Source of the DNA: Auanema rhodensis
Lineage: Eukaryota; Animalia; Nematoda
Assembly: GCA_964057225.1 (NCBI GenBank)
Contig: OZ059898.1
Span: 17,546,001-17,610,000 of the forward strand
Direction: 5' to 3'
Length of the DNA: 64,000 bases
A program made the position numbers and the translations under genes. How positions within the stretch are numbered: the first letter of the stretch is position 1; every line of letters starts with the position of its first letter. The notes beneath the pieces were generated by a model, which had not been told where the DNA came from, searched no databases, and saw nothing but the letters and a program-made list of their open reading frames with translations. Shown piece after piece: positions 11,584 to 26,500 of this stretch.

Positions 11584-14500
11584 TCGATTTTCACCCTGAA
11601 GAAATAATTTTTTCGTTGAATAACATTGTCCATCGTCTTTGCCTTGAAAAAAGGAATCTAAAAACATCTACTTTTTGCTAAATTATTTTGAAGTTTTTGG
11701 AAAAAATTTTTGTCAAAATGTTTTTGGAAGCAATGTTGAGTGTACATGGAAACTCAACATACACTAATGCATCATTTTTCAAACGATCATAACTAATTTT
11801 TGTATTAAGCGTTTCTCAATGTAGTATAGTGCATTTGATGCGGATTTTTAAGCTGCGTCGATCTGTGTTATCAGATTTGCGCTAGCTTAAAAATGCACCG
11901 AGATATCAACTGATATAAGTTCACACTTATATCCTCGATTTTCACCCTGAAGAATTAATTTTTTCGTTGAATAACATTGTCCATCGTCTTTGCCTTGAAA
12001 AAAGGAATCTAAAAACATCTACTTTTTGCTAAATTATTCTGAAATTTTTGGAAAAAATTTTTGTCAAAATGTTTTTGGAAGCAATGTTGAGTGTACATGG
12101 AAACTCAACATACACTAATGCATCATTTTTCAAACGATCATAACTAATTTTTGTATTAAGCGTTTCTCAATGTAGTATAGTGCATTTGATGCGGATTTTT
12201 AAGCTGCGTCGATCTGTGTTATCAGATTTGCGCTAGCTTAAAAATGCACCGAGATATCAACTGATATAAGTTCACACTTATATCCTCGATTTTCACCCTG
12301 AAGAAATAATTTTTTCGTTGAATAACATTGTCCATCTTCTTTGCCTTGAAAAAAGGAATCTAAAAACATCTACTTTTCGCTAAATTATTTTGAAGTTTTT
12401 CGAAAAAATTTTTGTCAAAATGTTTTTGGAAGCAATGTTGAGTGTACATGGAAACTCAACATACATTAATGCATCATTTTTCAAACGATCATAACTAATT
12501 TTTGTATTAAGCGTATCTCAATGTAGTATAGTGCATTTGATGCGGATTTTTAAGCTGCGTCGATCTGTGTTATCAGATTTGCGCTAGCTTAAAAATGCAC
12601 CGAGATATCAACTGATATAAGTGTGAACTTATATCCTCGATTTTCACCCTGAAGAAATGATTTTTTCGTTGAATAACATTGTCCATCGTCTTTGCCTTGA
12701 AAAAAGGAATCTAAAAACATCTACTTTTTGCTAAATTATTTCGAAATTTTTCGAAAAAATTTTTGTCAAAATGTTTTTGGGAGCAATGTTGAGTGTACAT
12801 GGAAACTCAACATACACTAATGCATCATTTTTCAAACGATCATAACTAATTTTTGTATTAAGCGTATCTCAATGTAGTATAGTGCATTTGATGCGGATTT
12901 TTAAGCTGCGTCGATCTGTGTTATCAGATTTGCGCTAGCTTAAAAATGCACCGAGATATCAACTGATATAAGTTCACACTTATATCCTCGATTTTCACCC
13001 TGAAGAATTAATTTTTTCGTTGAATAACATTGTCCATCGTCTTTGCCTTGAAAAAAGGAATCTAAAAACATTTACTTTTTGCTAAATTATTCTGAAATTT
13101 TTCGAAAAAATTTTTGTCAAAATGTTTTTGGAAGCAATGTTGAGTGTACATGGAAACTCAACATACACTAATGCATCATTTTTCAAACGATCATAACTAA
13201 TTTTTGTATTAAGCGTTTCTCAATGTAGTATAGTGCATTCGATGCGGATTTTTAAGCTGCGTCGATCTGTGTTATCAGATTTGCGCTAGCTTAAAAATGC
13301 ACCGAGATATCAACTGATATAAGTTCACACTTATATCCTCGATTTTCACCCTGAAGAATTAATTTTTTCGTTGAATAACATTGTCCATCGTCTTTGCCTT
13401 GAAAAAAGGAATCTAAAAACATCTACTTTTTGCTAAATTATTCTGAAATTTTTCGAAAAAATTTTTGTCAAAATGTTTTTGGAAGCAATGTTGAGTGTAC
13501 ATGGAAACTCAACATACACTAATGCATCATTTTTCGAACGATCATAACTAATTTTTGTATTAAGCGTTTCTCAATGTAGTATAGTGCATTTGATGCGGAT
13601 TTTTAAGCTGCGTCGATCTGTGTTATCAGATTTGCGCTAGCTTTAAAATGCACCGAGATATCAACTGATATAAGTTCACACTTATATCCTCGATTTTCAC
13701 CCTGAAGAATTAATTTTTTCGTTGAATAACATTGTCCATCGTCTTTGCCTTGAAAAAAGGAATCTAAAAACATCTACTTTTTGCTAAATTATTCTGAAAT
13801 TTTTCGAAAAAATTTTTGTCAAAATGTTTTTGGAAGCAATGTTGAGTGTACATGGAAACTCAACATACACTAATGCATCATTTTTCAAACGATCATAACT
13901 AATTTTTGTATTAAGCGTATCTCAATGTAGTATAGTGCATTTGATGCGGATTTTTAAGCTGCGTCGATCTGTGTTATCAGATTTGCGCTAGCTTAAAAAT
14001 GCACCGAGATATCAACTGATATAAGTTCACACTTATATCCTCGATTTTCACCCTGAAGAATTAATTTTTTCGTTGAATAACATTGTCCATCGTCTTTGCC
14101 TTGAAAAAAGGAATCTAAAAACATTTACTTTTTGCTAAATTATTCTGAAATTTTTCGAAAAAATTTTTGTCAAAATGTTTTTGGAAGCAATGTTGAGTGT
14201 ACATGGAAACTCAACATACACTAATGCATCATTTTTCAAACGATCATAACTAATTTTTGTATTAAGCGTTTCTCAATGTAGTATAGTGCATTTGATGCGG
14301 ATTTTTAAGCTGCGTCGATCTGTGTTATCAGATTTGCGCTAGCTTTAAAATGCACCGAGATATCAACTGATATAAGTTCACACTTATATCCTCGATTTTC
14401 ACCCTGAAGAATTAATTTTTTCGTTGAATAACATTGTCCATCGTCTTTGCCTTGAAAAAAGGAATCTAAAAACATTTACTTTTTGCTAAATTATTCTGAA

Positions 14501-17500
14501 ATTTTTCGAAAAAATTTTTGTCAAAATGTTTTTGGAAGCAATGTTGAGTGTACATGGAAACTCAACATACACTAATGCATCATTTTTCAAACGATCATAA
14601 CTAATTTTTGTATTAAGCGTTTCTCAATGTAGTATAGTGCATTTGATGCGGATTTTTAAGCTGCGTCGATCTGTGTTATCAGATTTGCGCTAGCTTTAAA
14701 ATGCACCGAGATATCAACTGATATAAGTTCACACTTATATCCTCGATTTTCACCCTGAAGAATTAATTTTTTCGTTGAATAACATTGTCCATCGTCTTTG
14801 CCTTGAAAAAAGGAATCTAAAAACATTCACTTTTTGCTAAATTATTCTGAAATTTTTCGAAAAAATTTTTGTCAAAATGTTTTTGGAAGCAATGTTGAGT
14901 GTACATGGAAACTCAACATACACTAATGCATCATTTTTCAAACGATCATAACTAATTTTTGTATTAAACGTTTCTCAATGTAGTATAGTGCATTCGATGC
15001 GGATTTTTAAGCTGCGTCGATCTGTGTTATCAGATTTGCGCTAGCTTAAAAATGCACCGAGATATCAACTGATATAAGTTCACACTTATATCCTCGATTT
15101 TCACCCTGAAGAATTAATTTTTTCGTTGAATAACATTGTCCATCGTCTTTGCCTTAAAAAAAGGAATCTAAAAACATCTACTTTTTGCTAAATTATTCTG
15201 AAATTTTTCGAAAACATTTTTGTCAAAATGTTTTTGGAAGCAATGTTGAGTGTACATGGAAACTCAACATACACTAATGCATCATTTTTCAAACGATCAT
15301 AACTAATTTTTGTATTGAGCGTTTCTCAATGTAGTATAGTGCATTCGATGCGGATTTTTAAGCTGCGTCGATCTGTGTTATCAGATTTGCGCTAGCTTAA
15401 AAATGCACCGAGATATCAACTGATATAAGTTCACACTTATATCCTCGATTTTCACCCTGAAGAATTAATTTTTTCGTTGAATAACATTGTCCATCGTCTT
15501 TGCCTTGAAAAAAGGAATCTAAAAACATCTACTTTTTGCTAAATTATTCTGAAATTTTTGGAAAAAATTTTTGTCAAAATGTTTTTGGAAGCAATGTTGA
15601 GTGTACATGGAAACTCAACATACACTAATGCATCATTTTTCAAACGATCATAACTAATTTTTGTATTAAGCGTTTCTCAATGTAGTATAGTGCATTTGAT
15701 GCGGATTTTTAGGCTGCGTCGATCTGTGTTATCAGATTTGCGCTAGCTTAAAAATGCACCGAGATATCAACTGATATAAGTTCACACTTATATCCTCGAT
15801 TTTCACCCTGAAGAAATAATTTTTTCGTTGAATAACATTGTCCATCTTCTTTGCCTTGAAAAAAGGAATCTAAAAACATCTACTTTTCGCTAAATTATTT
15901 TGAAGTTTTTCGAAAAAATTTTTGTCAAAATGTTTTTGGAAGCAATGTTGAGTGTACATGGAAACTCAACATACATTAATGCATCATTTTTCAAACGATC
16001 ATAACTAATTTTTGTATTAAGCGTATCTCAATGTAGTATAGTGCATTTGATGCGGATTTTTAAGCTGCGTCGATCTGTGTTATCAGATTTGCGCTAGCTT
16101 AAAAATGCACCGAGATATCAACTGATATAAGTTCACACTTATATCCTCGATTTTCACCCTGAAGAAATGATTTTTTCGTTGAATAACATTGTCCATCGTC
16201 TTTGCCTTGAAAAAAGGAATCTAAAAACATCTACTTTTTGCTAAATTATTTCGAAATTTTTCGAAAAAATTTTTGTCAAAATGTTTTTGGGAGCAATGTT
16301 GAGTGTACATGGAAACTCAACATACACTAATGCATCATTTTTCAAACGATCATAACTAATTTTTGTATTGAGCGTTTCTCAATGTAGTATAGTGCATTCG
16401 ATGCGGATTTTTAAGCTGCGTCGATCTGTGTTATCAGATTTGCGCTAGCTTAAAAATGCACCGAGATATCAACTGATATAAGTTCACACTTATATCCTCG
16501 ATTTTCACCCTGAAGAATTAATTTTTTCGTTGAATAACATTGTCCATCGTCTTTGCCTTGAAAAAAGGAATCTAAAAACATTTACTTTTTGCTAAATTAT
16601 TCTGAAATTTTTCGAAAAAATTTTTGTCAAAATGTTTTTGGAAGCAATGTTGAGTGTACATGGAAACTCAACATACACTAATGCATCATTTTTCAAACGA
16701 TCATAACTAATTTTTGTATTAAGCGTTTCTCAATGTAGTATAGTGCATTTGATGCGGATTTTTAAGCTGCGTCGATCTGTGTTATCAGATTTGCGCTAGC
16801 TTTAAAATGCACCGAGATATCAACTGATATAAGTTCACACTTATATCCTCGATTTTCACCCTGAAGAATTAATTTTTTCGTTGAATAACATTGTCCATCG
16901 TCTTTGCCTTGAAAAAAGGAATCTAAAAACATTTACTTTTTGCTAAATTATTCTGAAATTTTTCGAAAAAATTTTTGTCAAAATGTTTTTGGAAGCAATG
17001 TTGAGTGTACATGGAAACTCAACATACACTAATGCATCATTTTTCAAACGATCATAACTAATTTTTGTATTAAGCGTTTCTCAATGTAGTATAGTGCATT
17101 TGATGCGGATTTTTAAGCTGCGTCGATCTGTGTTATCAGATTTGCGCTAGCTTTAAAATGCACCGAGATATCAACTGATATAAGTTCACACTTATATCCT
17201 CGATTTTCACCCTGAAGAATTAATTTTTTCGTTGAATAACATTGTCCATCGTCTTTGCCTTGAAAAAAGGAATCTAAAAACATTCACTTTTTGCTAAATT
17301 ATTCTGAAATTTTTCGAAAAAATTTTTGTCAAAATGTTTTTGGAAGCAATGTTGAGTGTACATGGAAACTCAACATACACTAATGCATCATTTTTCAAAC
17401 GATCATAACTAATTTTTGTATTAAACGTTTCTCAATGTAGTATAGTGCATTCGATGCGGATTTTTAAGCTGCGTCGATCTGTGTTATCAGATTTGCGCTA

Positions 17501-20500
17501 GCTTAAAAATGCACCGAGATATCAACTGATATAAGTTCACACTTATATCCTCGATTTTCACCCTGAAGAATTAATTTTTTCGTTGAATAACATTGTCCAT
17601 CGTCTTTGCCTTAAAAAAAGGAATCTAAAAACATCTACTTTTTGCTAAATTATTCTGAAATTTTTCGAAAACATTTTTGTCAAAATGTTTTTGGAAGCAA
17701 TGTTGAGTGTACATGGAAACTCAACATACACTAATGCATCATTTTTCAAACGATCATAACTAATTTTTGTATTGAGCGTTTCTCAATGTAGTATAGTGCA
17801 TTCGATGCGGATTTTTAAGCTGCGTCGATCTGTGTTATCAGATTTGCGCTAGCTTAAAAATGCACCGAGATATCAACTGATATAAGTTCACACTTATATC
17901 CTCGATTTTCACCCTGAAGAATTAATTTTTTCGTTGAATAACATTGTCCATCGTCTTTGCCTTAAAAAAAGGAATCTAAAAACATCTACTTTTTGCTAAA
18001 TTATTCTGAAATTTTTGGAAAAAATTTTTGTCAAAATGTTTTTGGAAGCAATGTTGAGTGTACATGGAAACTCAACATACACTAATGCATCATTTTTCAA
18101 ACGATCATAACTAATTTTTGTATTAAGCGTTTCTCAATGTAGTATAGTGCATTTGATGCGGATTTTTAAGCTGCGTCGATCTGTGTTATCAGATTTGCGC
18201 TAGCTTAAAAATGCACCGAGATATCAACTGATATAAGTTCACACTTATATCCTCGATTTTCACCCTGAAGAAATAATTTTTTCGTTGAATAACATTGTCC
18301 ATCTTCTTTGCCTTGAAAAAAGGAATCTAAAAACATCTACTTTTCGCTAAATTATTTTGAAGTTTTTCGAAAAAATTTTTGTCAAAATGTTTTTGGAAGC
18401 AATGTTGAGTGTACATGGAAACTCAACATACATTAATGCATCATTTTTCAAACGATCATAACTAATTTTTGTATTAAGCGTATCTCAATGTAGTATAGTG
18501 CATTTGATGCGGATTTTTAAGCTGCGTCGATCTGTGTTATCAGATTTGCGCTAGCTTAAAAATGCACCGAGATATCAACTGATATAAGTTCACACTTATA
18601 TCCTCGATTTTCACCCTGAAGAAATGATTTTTTCGTTGAATAACATTGTCCATCGTCTTTGCCTTGAAAAAAGGAATCTAAAAACATCTACTTTTTGCTA
18701 AATTATTTCGAAATTTTTCGAAAAAATTTTTGTCAAAATGTTTTTGGGAGCAATGTTGAGTGTACATGGAAACTCAACATACACTAATGCATCATTTTTC
18801 AAACGATCATAACTAATTTTTGTATTAAGCGTATCTCAATGTAGTATAGTGCATTTGATGCGGATTTTTAAGCTGCGTCGATCTGTGTTATCAGATTTGC
18901 GCTAGCTTAAAAATGCACCGAGATATCAACTGATATAAGTTCACACTTATATCCTCGATTTTCACCCTGAAGAATTAATTTTTTCGTTGAATAACATTGT
19001 CCATCGTCTTTGCCTTGAAAAAAGGAATCTAAAAACATCTACTTTTTGCTAAATTATTCTGAAATTTTTCGAAAAAATTTTTGTCAAAATGTTTTTGGAA
19101 GCAATGTTGAGTGTACATGGAAACTCAACATACACTAATGCATCATTTTTCGAACGATCATAACTAATTTTTGTATTAAGCGTTTCTCAATGTAGTATAG
19201 TGCATTTGATGCGGATTTTTAAGCTGCGTCGATCTGTGTTATCAGATTTGCGCTAGCTTTAAAATGCACCGAGATATCAACTGATATAAGTTCACACTTA
19301 TATCCTCGATTTTCACCCTGAAGAATTAATTTTTTCGTTGAATAACATTGTCCATCGTCTTTGCCTTGAAAAAAGGAATCTAAAAACATCTACTTTTTGC
19401 TAAATTATTTCGAAATTTTTCGAAAAAATTTTTGTCAAAATGTTTTTGGGAGCAATGTTGAGTGTACATGGAAACTCAACATACACTAATGCATCATTTT
19501 TCAAACGATCATAACTAATTTTTGTATTAAGCGTATCTCAATGTAGTATAGTGCATTTGATGCGGATTTTTAAGCTGCGTCGATCTGTGTTATCAGATTT
19601 GCGCTAGCTTAAAAATGCACCGAGATATCAACTGATATAAGTTCACACTTATATCCTCGATTTTCACCCTGAAGAATTAATTTTTTCGTTGAATAACATT
19701 GTCCATCGTCTTTGCCTTGAAAAAAGGAATCTAAAAACATTTACTTTTTGCTAAATTATTCTGAAATTTTTCGAAAAAATTTTTGTCAAAATGTTTTTGG
19801 AAGCAATGTTGAGTGTACATGGAAACTCAACATACACTAATGCATCATTTTTCAAACGATCATAACTAATTTTTGTATTAAGCGTTTCTCAATGTAGTAT
19901 AGTGCATTCGATGCGGATTTTTAAGCTGCGTCGATCTGTGTTATCAGATTTGCGCTAGCTTAAAAATGCACCGAGATATCAACTGATATAAGTTCACACT
20001 TATATCCTCGATTTTCACCCTGAAGAATTAATTTTTTCGTTGAATAACATTGTCCATCGTCTTTGCCTTGAAAAAAGGAATCTAAAAACATCTACTTTTT
20101 GCTAAATTATTCTGAAATTTTTCGAAAAAATTTTTGTCAAAATGTTTTTGGAAGCAATGTTGAGTGTACATGGAAACTCAACATACACTAATGCATCATT
20201 TTTCGAACGATCATAACTAATTTTTGTATTAAGCGTATCTCAATGTAGTATAGTGCATTTGATGCGGATTTTTAAGCTGCGTCGATCTGTGTTATCAGAT
20301 TTGCGCTAGCTTAAAAATGCACCGAGATATCAACTGATATAAGTTCACACTTATATCCTCGATTTTCACCCTGAAGAATTAATTTTTTCGTTGAATAACA
20401 TTGTCTATCGTCTTTGCCTTGAAAAAAGGAATCTAAAAACATCTACTTTTTGCTAAATTATTCTGAAATTTTTCGAAAAAATTTTTGTCAAAATGTTTTT

Positions 20501-23500
20501 GGAAGCAATGTTGAGTGTACATGGAAACTCAACATACACTAATGCATCATTTTTCAAACGATCATAACTAATTTTTGTATTAAGCGTATCTCAATGTAGT
20601 ATAGTGCATTTGATGCGGATTTTTAAGCTGCGTCGATCTGTGTTATCAGATTTGCGCTAGCTTAAAAATGCACCGAGATATCAACTGATATAAGTTCACA
20701 CTTATATCCTCGATTTTCACCCTGAAGAATTAATTTTTTCGTTGAATAACATTGTCCATCGTCTTTGCCTTGAAAAAAGGAATCTAAAAACATTTACTTT
20801 TTGCTAAATTATTCTGAAATTTTTCGAAAAAATTTTTGTCAAAATGTTTTTGGAAGCAATGTTGAGTGTACATGGAAACTCAACATACACTAATGCATCA
20901 TTTTTCAAACGATCATAACTAATTTTTGTATTAAGCGTTTCTCAATGTAGTATAGTGCATTTGATGCGGATTTTTAAGCTGCGTCGATCTGTGTTATCAG
21001 ATTTGTGCTAGCTTTAAAATGCACCGAGATATCAACTGATATAAGTTCACACTTATATCCTCGATTTTCACCCTGAAGAATTAATTTTTTCGTTGAATAA
21101 CATTGTCCATCGTCTTTGCCTTGAAAAAAGGAATCTAAAAACATTTACTTTTTGCTAAATTATTCTGAAATTTTTCGAAAAAATTTTTGTCAAAATGTTT
21201 TTGGAAGCAATGTTGAGTGTACATGGAAACTCAACATACACTAATGCATCATTTTTCGAACGATCATAACTAATTTTTGTATTAAGCGTTTCTCAATGTA
21301 GTATAGTGCATTCGATGCGGATTTTTAAGCTGCGTCGATCTGTGTTATCAGATTTGCGCTAGCTTAAAAATGCACCGAGATATCAACTGATATAAGTTCA
21401 CACTTATATCCTCGATTTTCACCCTGAAGAATTAATTTTTTCGTTGAATAACATTGTCCATCGTCTTTGCCTTGAAAAAAGGAATCTAAAAACATCTACT
21501 TTTTGCTAAATTATTCTGAAATTTTTCGAAAAAATTTTTGTCAAAATGTTTTTGGAAGCAATGTTGAGTGTACATGGAAACTCAACATACACTAATGCAT
21601 CATTTTTCAAACGATCATAACTAATTTTTGTATTAAGCGTTTCTCAATGTAGTATAGTGCATTTGATGCGGATTTTTAAGCTGCGTCGATCTGTGTTATC
21701 AGATTTGCGCTAGCTTAAAAATGCACCGAGATATCAATTGATATAAGTTCACACTTATATCCTCGATTTTCACCCTGAAGAATTAATTTTTTCGTTGAAT
21801 AACATTGTCCATCGTCTTTGCCTTGAAAAAAGGAATCTAAAAACATTTACTTTTTGCTAAATTATTCTGAAATTTTTCGAAAAAATTTTTGTCAAAATGT
21901 TTTTGGAAGCAATGTTGAGTGTACATGGAAACTCAACATACACTAATGCATCATTTTTCAAACGATCATAACTAATTTTTGTATTAAGCGTTTCTCAATG
22001 TAGTATAGTGCATTTGATGCGGATTTTTAAGCTGCGTCGATCTGTGTTATCAGATTTGCGCTAGCTTTAAAATGCACCGAGATATCAACTGATATAAGTT
22101 CACACTTATATCCTCGATTTTCACCCTGAAGAATTAATTTTTTCGTTGAATAACATTGTCCATCGTCTTTGCCTTGAAAAAAGGAATCTAAAAACATTTA
22201 CTTTTTGCTAAATTATTCTGAAATTTTTCGAAAAAATTTTTGTCAAAATGTTTTTGGAAGCAATGTTGAGTGTACATGGAAACTCAACATACACTAATGC
22301 ATCATTTTTCAAACGATCATAACTAATTTTTGTATTAAGCGTTTCTCAATGTAGTATAGTGCATTTGATGCGGATTTTTAAGCTGCGTCGATCTGTGTTA
22401 TCAGATTTGCGCTAGCTTTAAAATGCACCGAGATATCAACTGATATAAGTTCACACTTATATCCTCGATTTTCACCCTGAAGAATTAATTTTTTCGTTGA
22501 ATAACATTGTCCATCGTCTTTGCCTTGAAAAAAGGAATCTAAAAACAACTACTTTTTGCTAAATTATTCTGAAATTTTTCGAAAAAATTTTTGTCAAAAT
22601 GTTTTTGGAAGCAATGTTGAGTGTACATGGAAACTCAACATACACTAATGCATCATTTTTCAAACGATCATAACTAATTTTTGTATTAAGCGTATCTCAA
22701 TGTAGTATAGTGCATTTGATGCGGATTTTTAAGCTGCGTCGATCTGTGTTATCAGATTTGCGCTAGCTTAAAAATGCACCGAGATATCAACTGATATAAG
22801 TTCACACTTATATCCTCGATTTTCACCCTGAAGAATTAATTTTTTCGTTGAATAACATTGTCCATCGTCTTTGCCTTGAAAAAAGGAATCTAAAAACATT
22901 TACTTTTTGCTAAATTATTCTGAAATTTTTCGAAAAAATTTTTGTCAAAATGTTTTTGGAAGCAATGTTGAGTGTACATGGAAACTCAACATACACTAAT
23001 GCATCATTTTTCAAACGATCATAACTAATTTTTGTATTAAGCGTTTCTCAATGTAGTATAGTGCATTTGATGCGGATTTTTAAGCTGCGTCGATCTGTGT
23101 TATCAGATTTGCGCTAGCTTTAAAATGCACCGAGATATCAACTGATATAAGTTCACACTTATATCCTCGATTTTCACCCTGAAGAATTAATTTTTTCGTT
23201 GAATAACATTGTCCATCGTCTTTGCCTTGAAAAAAGGAATCTAAAAACATTTACTTTTTGCTAAATTATTCTGAAATTTTTCGAAAAAATTTTTGTCAAA
23301 ATGTTTTTGGAAGCAATGTTGAGTGTACATGGAAACTCAACATACACTAATGCATCATTTTTCAAACGATCATAACTAATTTTTGTATTAAGCGTTTCTC
23401 AATGTAGTATAGTGCATTTGATGCGGATTTTTAAGCTGCGTCGATCTGTGTTATCAGATTTGCGCTAGCTTTAAAATGCACCGAGATATCAACTGATATA

Positions 23501-26500
23501 AGTTCACACTTATATCCTCGATTTTCACCCTGAAGAATTTATTTTTTCGTTGAATAACATTGTCCATCGTCTTTGCCTTGAAAAAAGGAATCTAAAAACA
23601 TTTACTTTTTGCTAAATTAGTCTGAAATTTTTCGAAAAAATTTTTGTCAAAATGTTTTTGGAAGCAATGTTGAGTGTACATGGAAACTCAACATACACTA
23701 ATGCATCATTTTTCAAACGATCATAACTAATTTTTGTATTAAGCGTTTCTCAATGTAGTATAGTGCATTTGATGCGGATTTTTAAGCTGCGTCGATCTGT
23801 GTTATCAGATTTGCGCTAGCTTTAAAATGCACCGAGATATCAACTGATATAAGTTCACACTTATATCCTCGATTTTCACCCTGAAGAATTAATTTTTTCG
23901 TTGAATAACATTGTCCATCGTCTTTGCCTTGAAAAAAGGAATCTAAAAACATTTACTTTTTGCTAAATTATTCTGAAATTTTTCGAAAAAATTTTTGTCA
24001 AAATGTTTTTGGAAGCAATGTTGAGTGTACATGGAAACTCAACATACACTAATGCATCATTTTTCAAACGATCATAACTAATTTTTGTATTAAGCGTTTC
24101 TCAATGTAGTATAGTGCATTTGATGCGGATTTTTAAGCTGCGTCGATCTGTGTTATCAGATTTGCGCTAGCTTTAAAATGCACCGAGATATCAACTGATA
24201 TAAGTTCACACTTATATCCTCGATTTTCACCCTGAAGAATTTATTTTTTCGTTGAATAACATTGTCCATCGTCTTTGCCTTGAAAAAAGGAATCTAAAAA
24301 CATTTACTTTTTGCTAAATTATTCTGAAATTTTTCGAAAAAATTTTTGTCAAAATGTTTTTGGAAGCAATGTTGAGTGTACATGGAAACTCAACATACAC
24401 TAATGCATCATTTTTCAAACGATCATAACTAATTTTTGTATTAAGCGTTTCTCAATGTAGTATAGTGCATTTGATGCGGATTTTTAAGCTGCGTCGATCT
24501 GTGTTATCAGATTTGCGCTAGCTTTAAAATGCACCGAGATATCAACTGATATGAGTTCACACTTATATCCTCGATTTTCACCCTGAAGAATTAATTTTTT
24601 CGTTGAATAACATTGTCCATCGTCTTTACCTTGAAAAAAGGAATCTAAAAACATCTACTTTTTGCTAAATTATTTTGAAATTTTTCGAAAAAATTTTTGT
24701 CAAAATGTTTTTGGAAGCAATGTTGAGTGTACATGGAAACTCAACATACACTAATGCATCATTTTTCAAACGATCATAACTAATTTTTGTATTAAGCGTA
24801 TCTCAATGTAGTATAGTGCATTTGATGCGGATTTTTAAGCTGCGTCGATCTGTGTTATCAGATTTGCGCTAGCTTAAAAATGCACCGAGATATCAACTGA
24901 TATAAGTTCACACTTATATCCTCGATTTTCACCCTGAAGAATTAATTTTTTCGTTGAATAACATTGTCCATCGTCTTTGCCTTGAAAAAAGGAATCTAAA
25001 AACATCTACTTTTTGCTAAATTATTCTGAAATTTTTCGAAAAAATTTTTGTCAAAATGTTTTTGGAAGCAATGTTGAGTGTACATGGAAACTCAACATAC
25101 ACTAATGCATCATTTTTCAAACGATCATAACTAATTTTTGTATTAAGCGTATCTCAATGTAGTATAGTGCATTTGATGCGGATTTTTAAGCTGCGTCGAT
25201 CTGTGTTATCAGATTTGCGCTAGCTTAAAAATGCACCGAGATATCAACTGATATAAGTTCACACTTATATCCTCGATTTTCACCCTGAAGAATTAATTTT
25301 TTCGTTGAATAACATTGTCTATCGTCTTTGCCTTGAAAAAAGGAATCTAAAAACATCTACTTTTTGCTAAATTATTCTGAAATTTTTCGAAAAAATTTTT
25401 GTCAAAATGTTTTTGGAAGCAATGTTGAGTGTACATGGAAACTCAACATACACTAATGCATCATTTTTCAAACGATCATAACTAATTTTTGTATTAAGCG
25501 TTTCTCAATGTAGTATAGTGCATTTGATGCGGATTTTTAAGCTGCGTCGATCTGTGTTATCAGATTTGCGCTAGCTTAAAAATGCACCGAGATATCAACT
25601 GATATAAGTTCACACTTATATCCTCGATTTTCACCCTGAAGAAATAATTGTTTCGTTGAATAACATTGTCCATCGTCTTTGCCTTGAAAAAAGGAATCTA
25701 AAAACATCTACTTTTTGCTAAATTATTTTGAAATTTTTCGAAAAAATTTTTGTCAAAATGTTTTTGGAAGCAATGTTGAGTGTACATGGAAACTCAACAT
25801 ACACTAATGCATCATTTTTCAAACGATCATAACTAATTTTTGTATTAAGCGTATCTCAATGTAATATAGTGCATTTGATGCGGATTTTTAAGCTGCGTCG
25901 ATCTGTGTTATCAGATTTGCGCTAGCTTAAAAATGCACCGAGATATCAACTGATATAAGTTCACACTTATATCCTCGATTTTCACCCTGAAGAATTAATT
26001 TTTTCGTTGAATAACATTGTCCATCGTCTTTGCCTTGAAAAAAGGAATCTAAAAACATTTACTTTTTGCTAAATTATTCTGAAATTTTTCGAAAAAATTT
26101 TTGTCAAAATGTTTTTGGAAGCAATGTTGAGTGTACATGGAAACTCAACATACACTAATGCATCATTTTTCAAACGATCATAACTAATTTTTGTATTAAG
26201 CGTTTCTCAATGTAGTATAGTGCATTCGATGCGGATTTTTAAGCTGCGTCGATCTGTGTTATCAGATTTGCGCTAGCTTAAAAATGCACCGTGATATCAA
26301 CTGATATAAGTTCACACTTATATCCTCGATTTTCACCCTGAAGAAATAATTTTTTCGTTGAATAACATTGTCCATCGTCTTTGCCTTGAAAAAAGGAATC
26401 TAAAAACATTTACTTTTTGCTAAATTATTCTGAAATTTTTCGAAAAAATTTTTGTCAAAATGTTTTTGGAAGCAATGTTGAGTGTACATGGAAACTCAAC

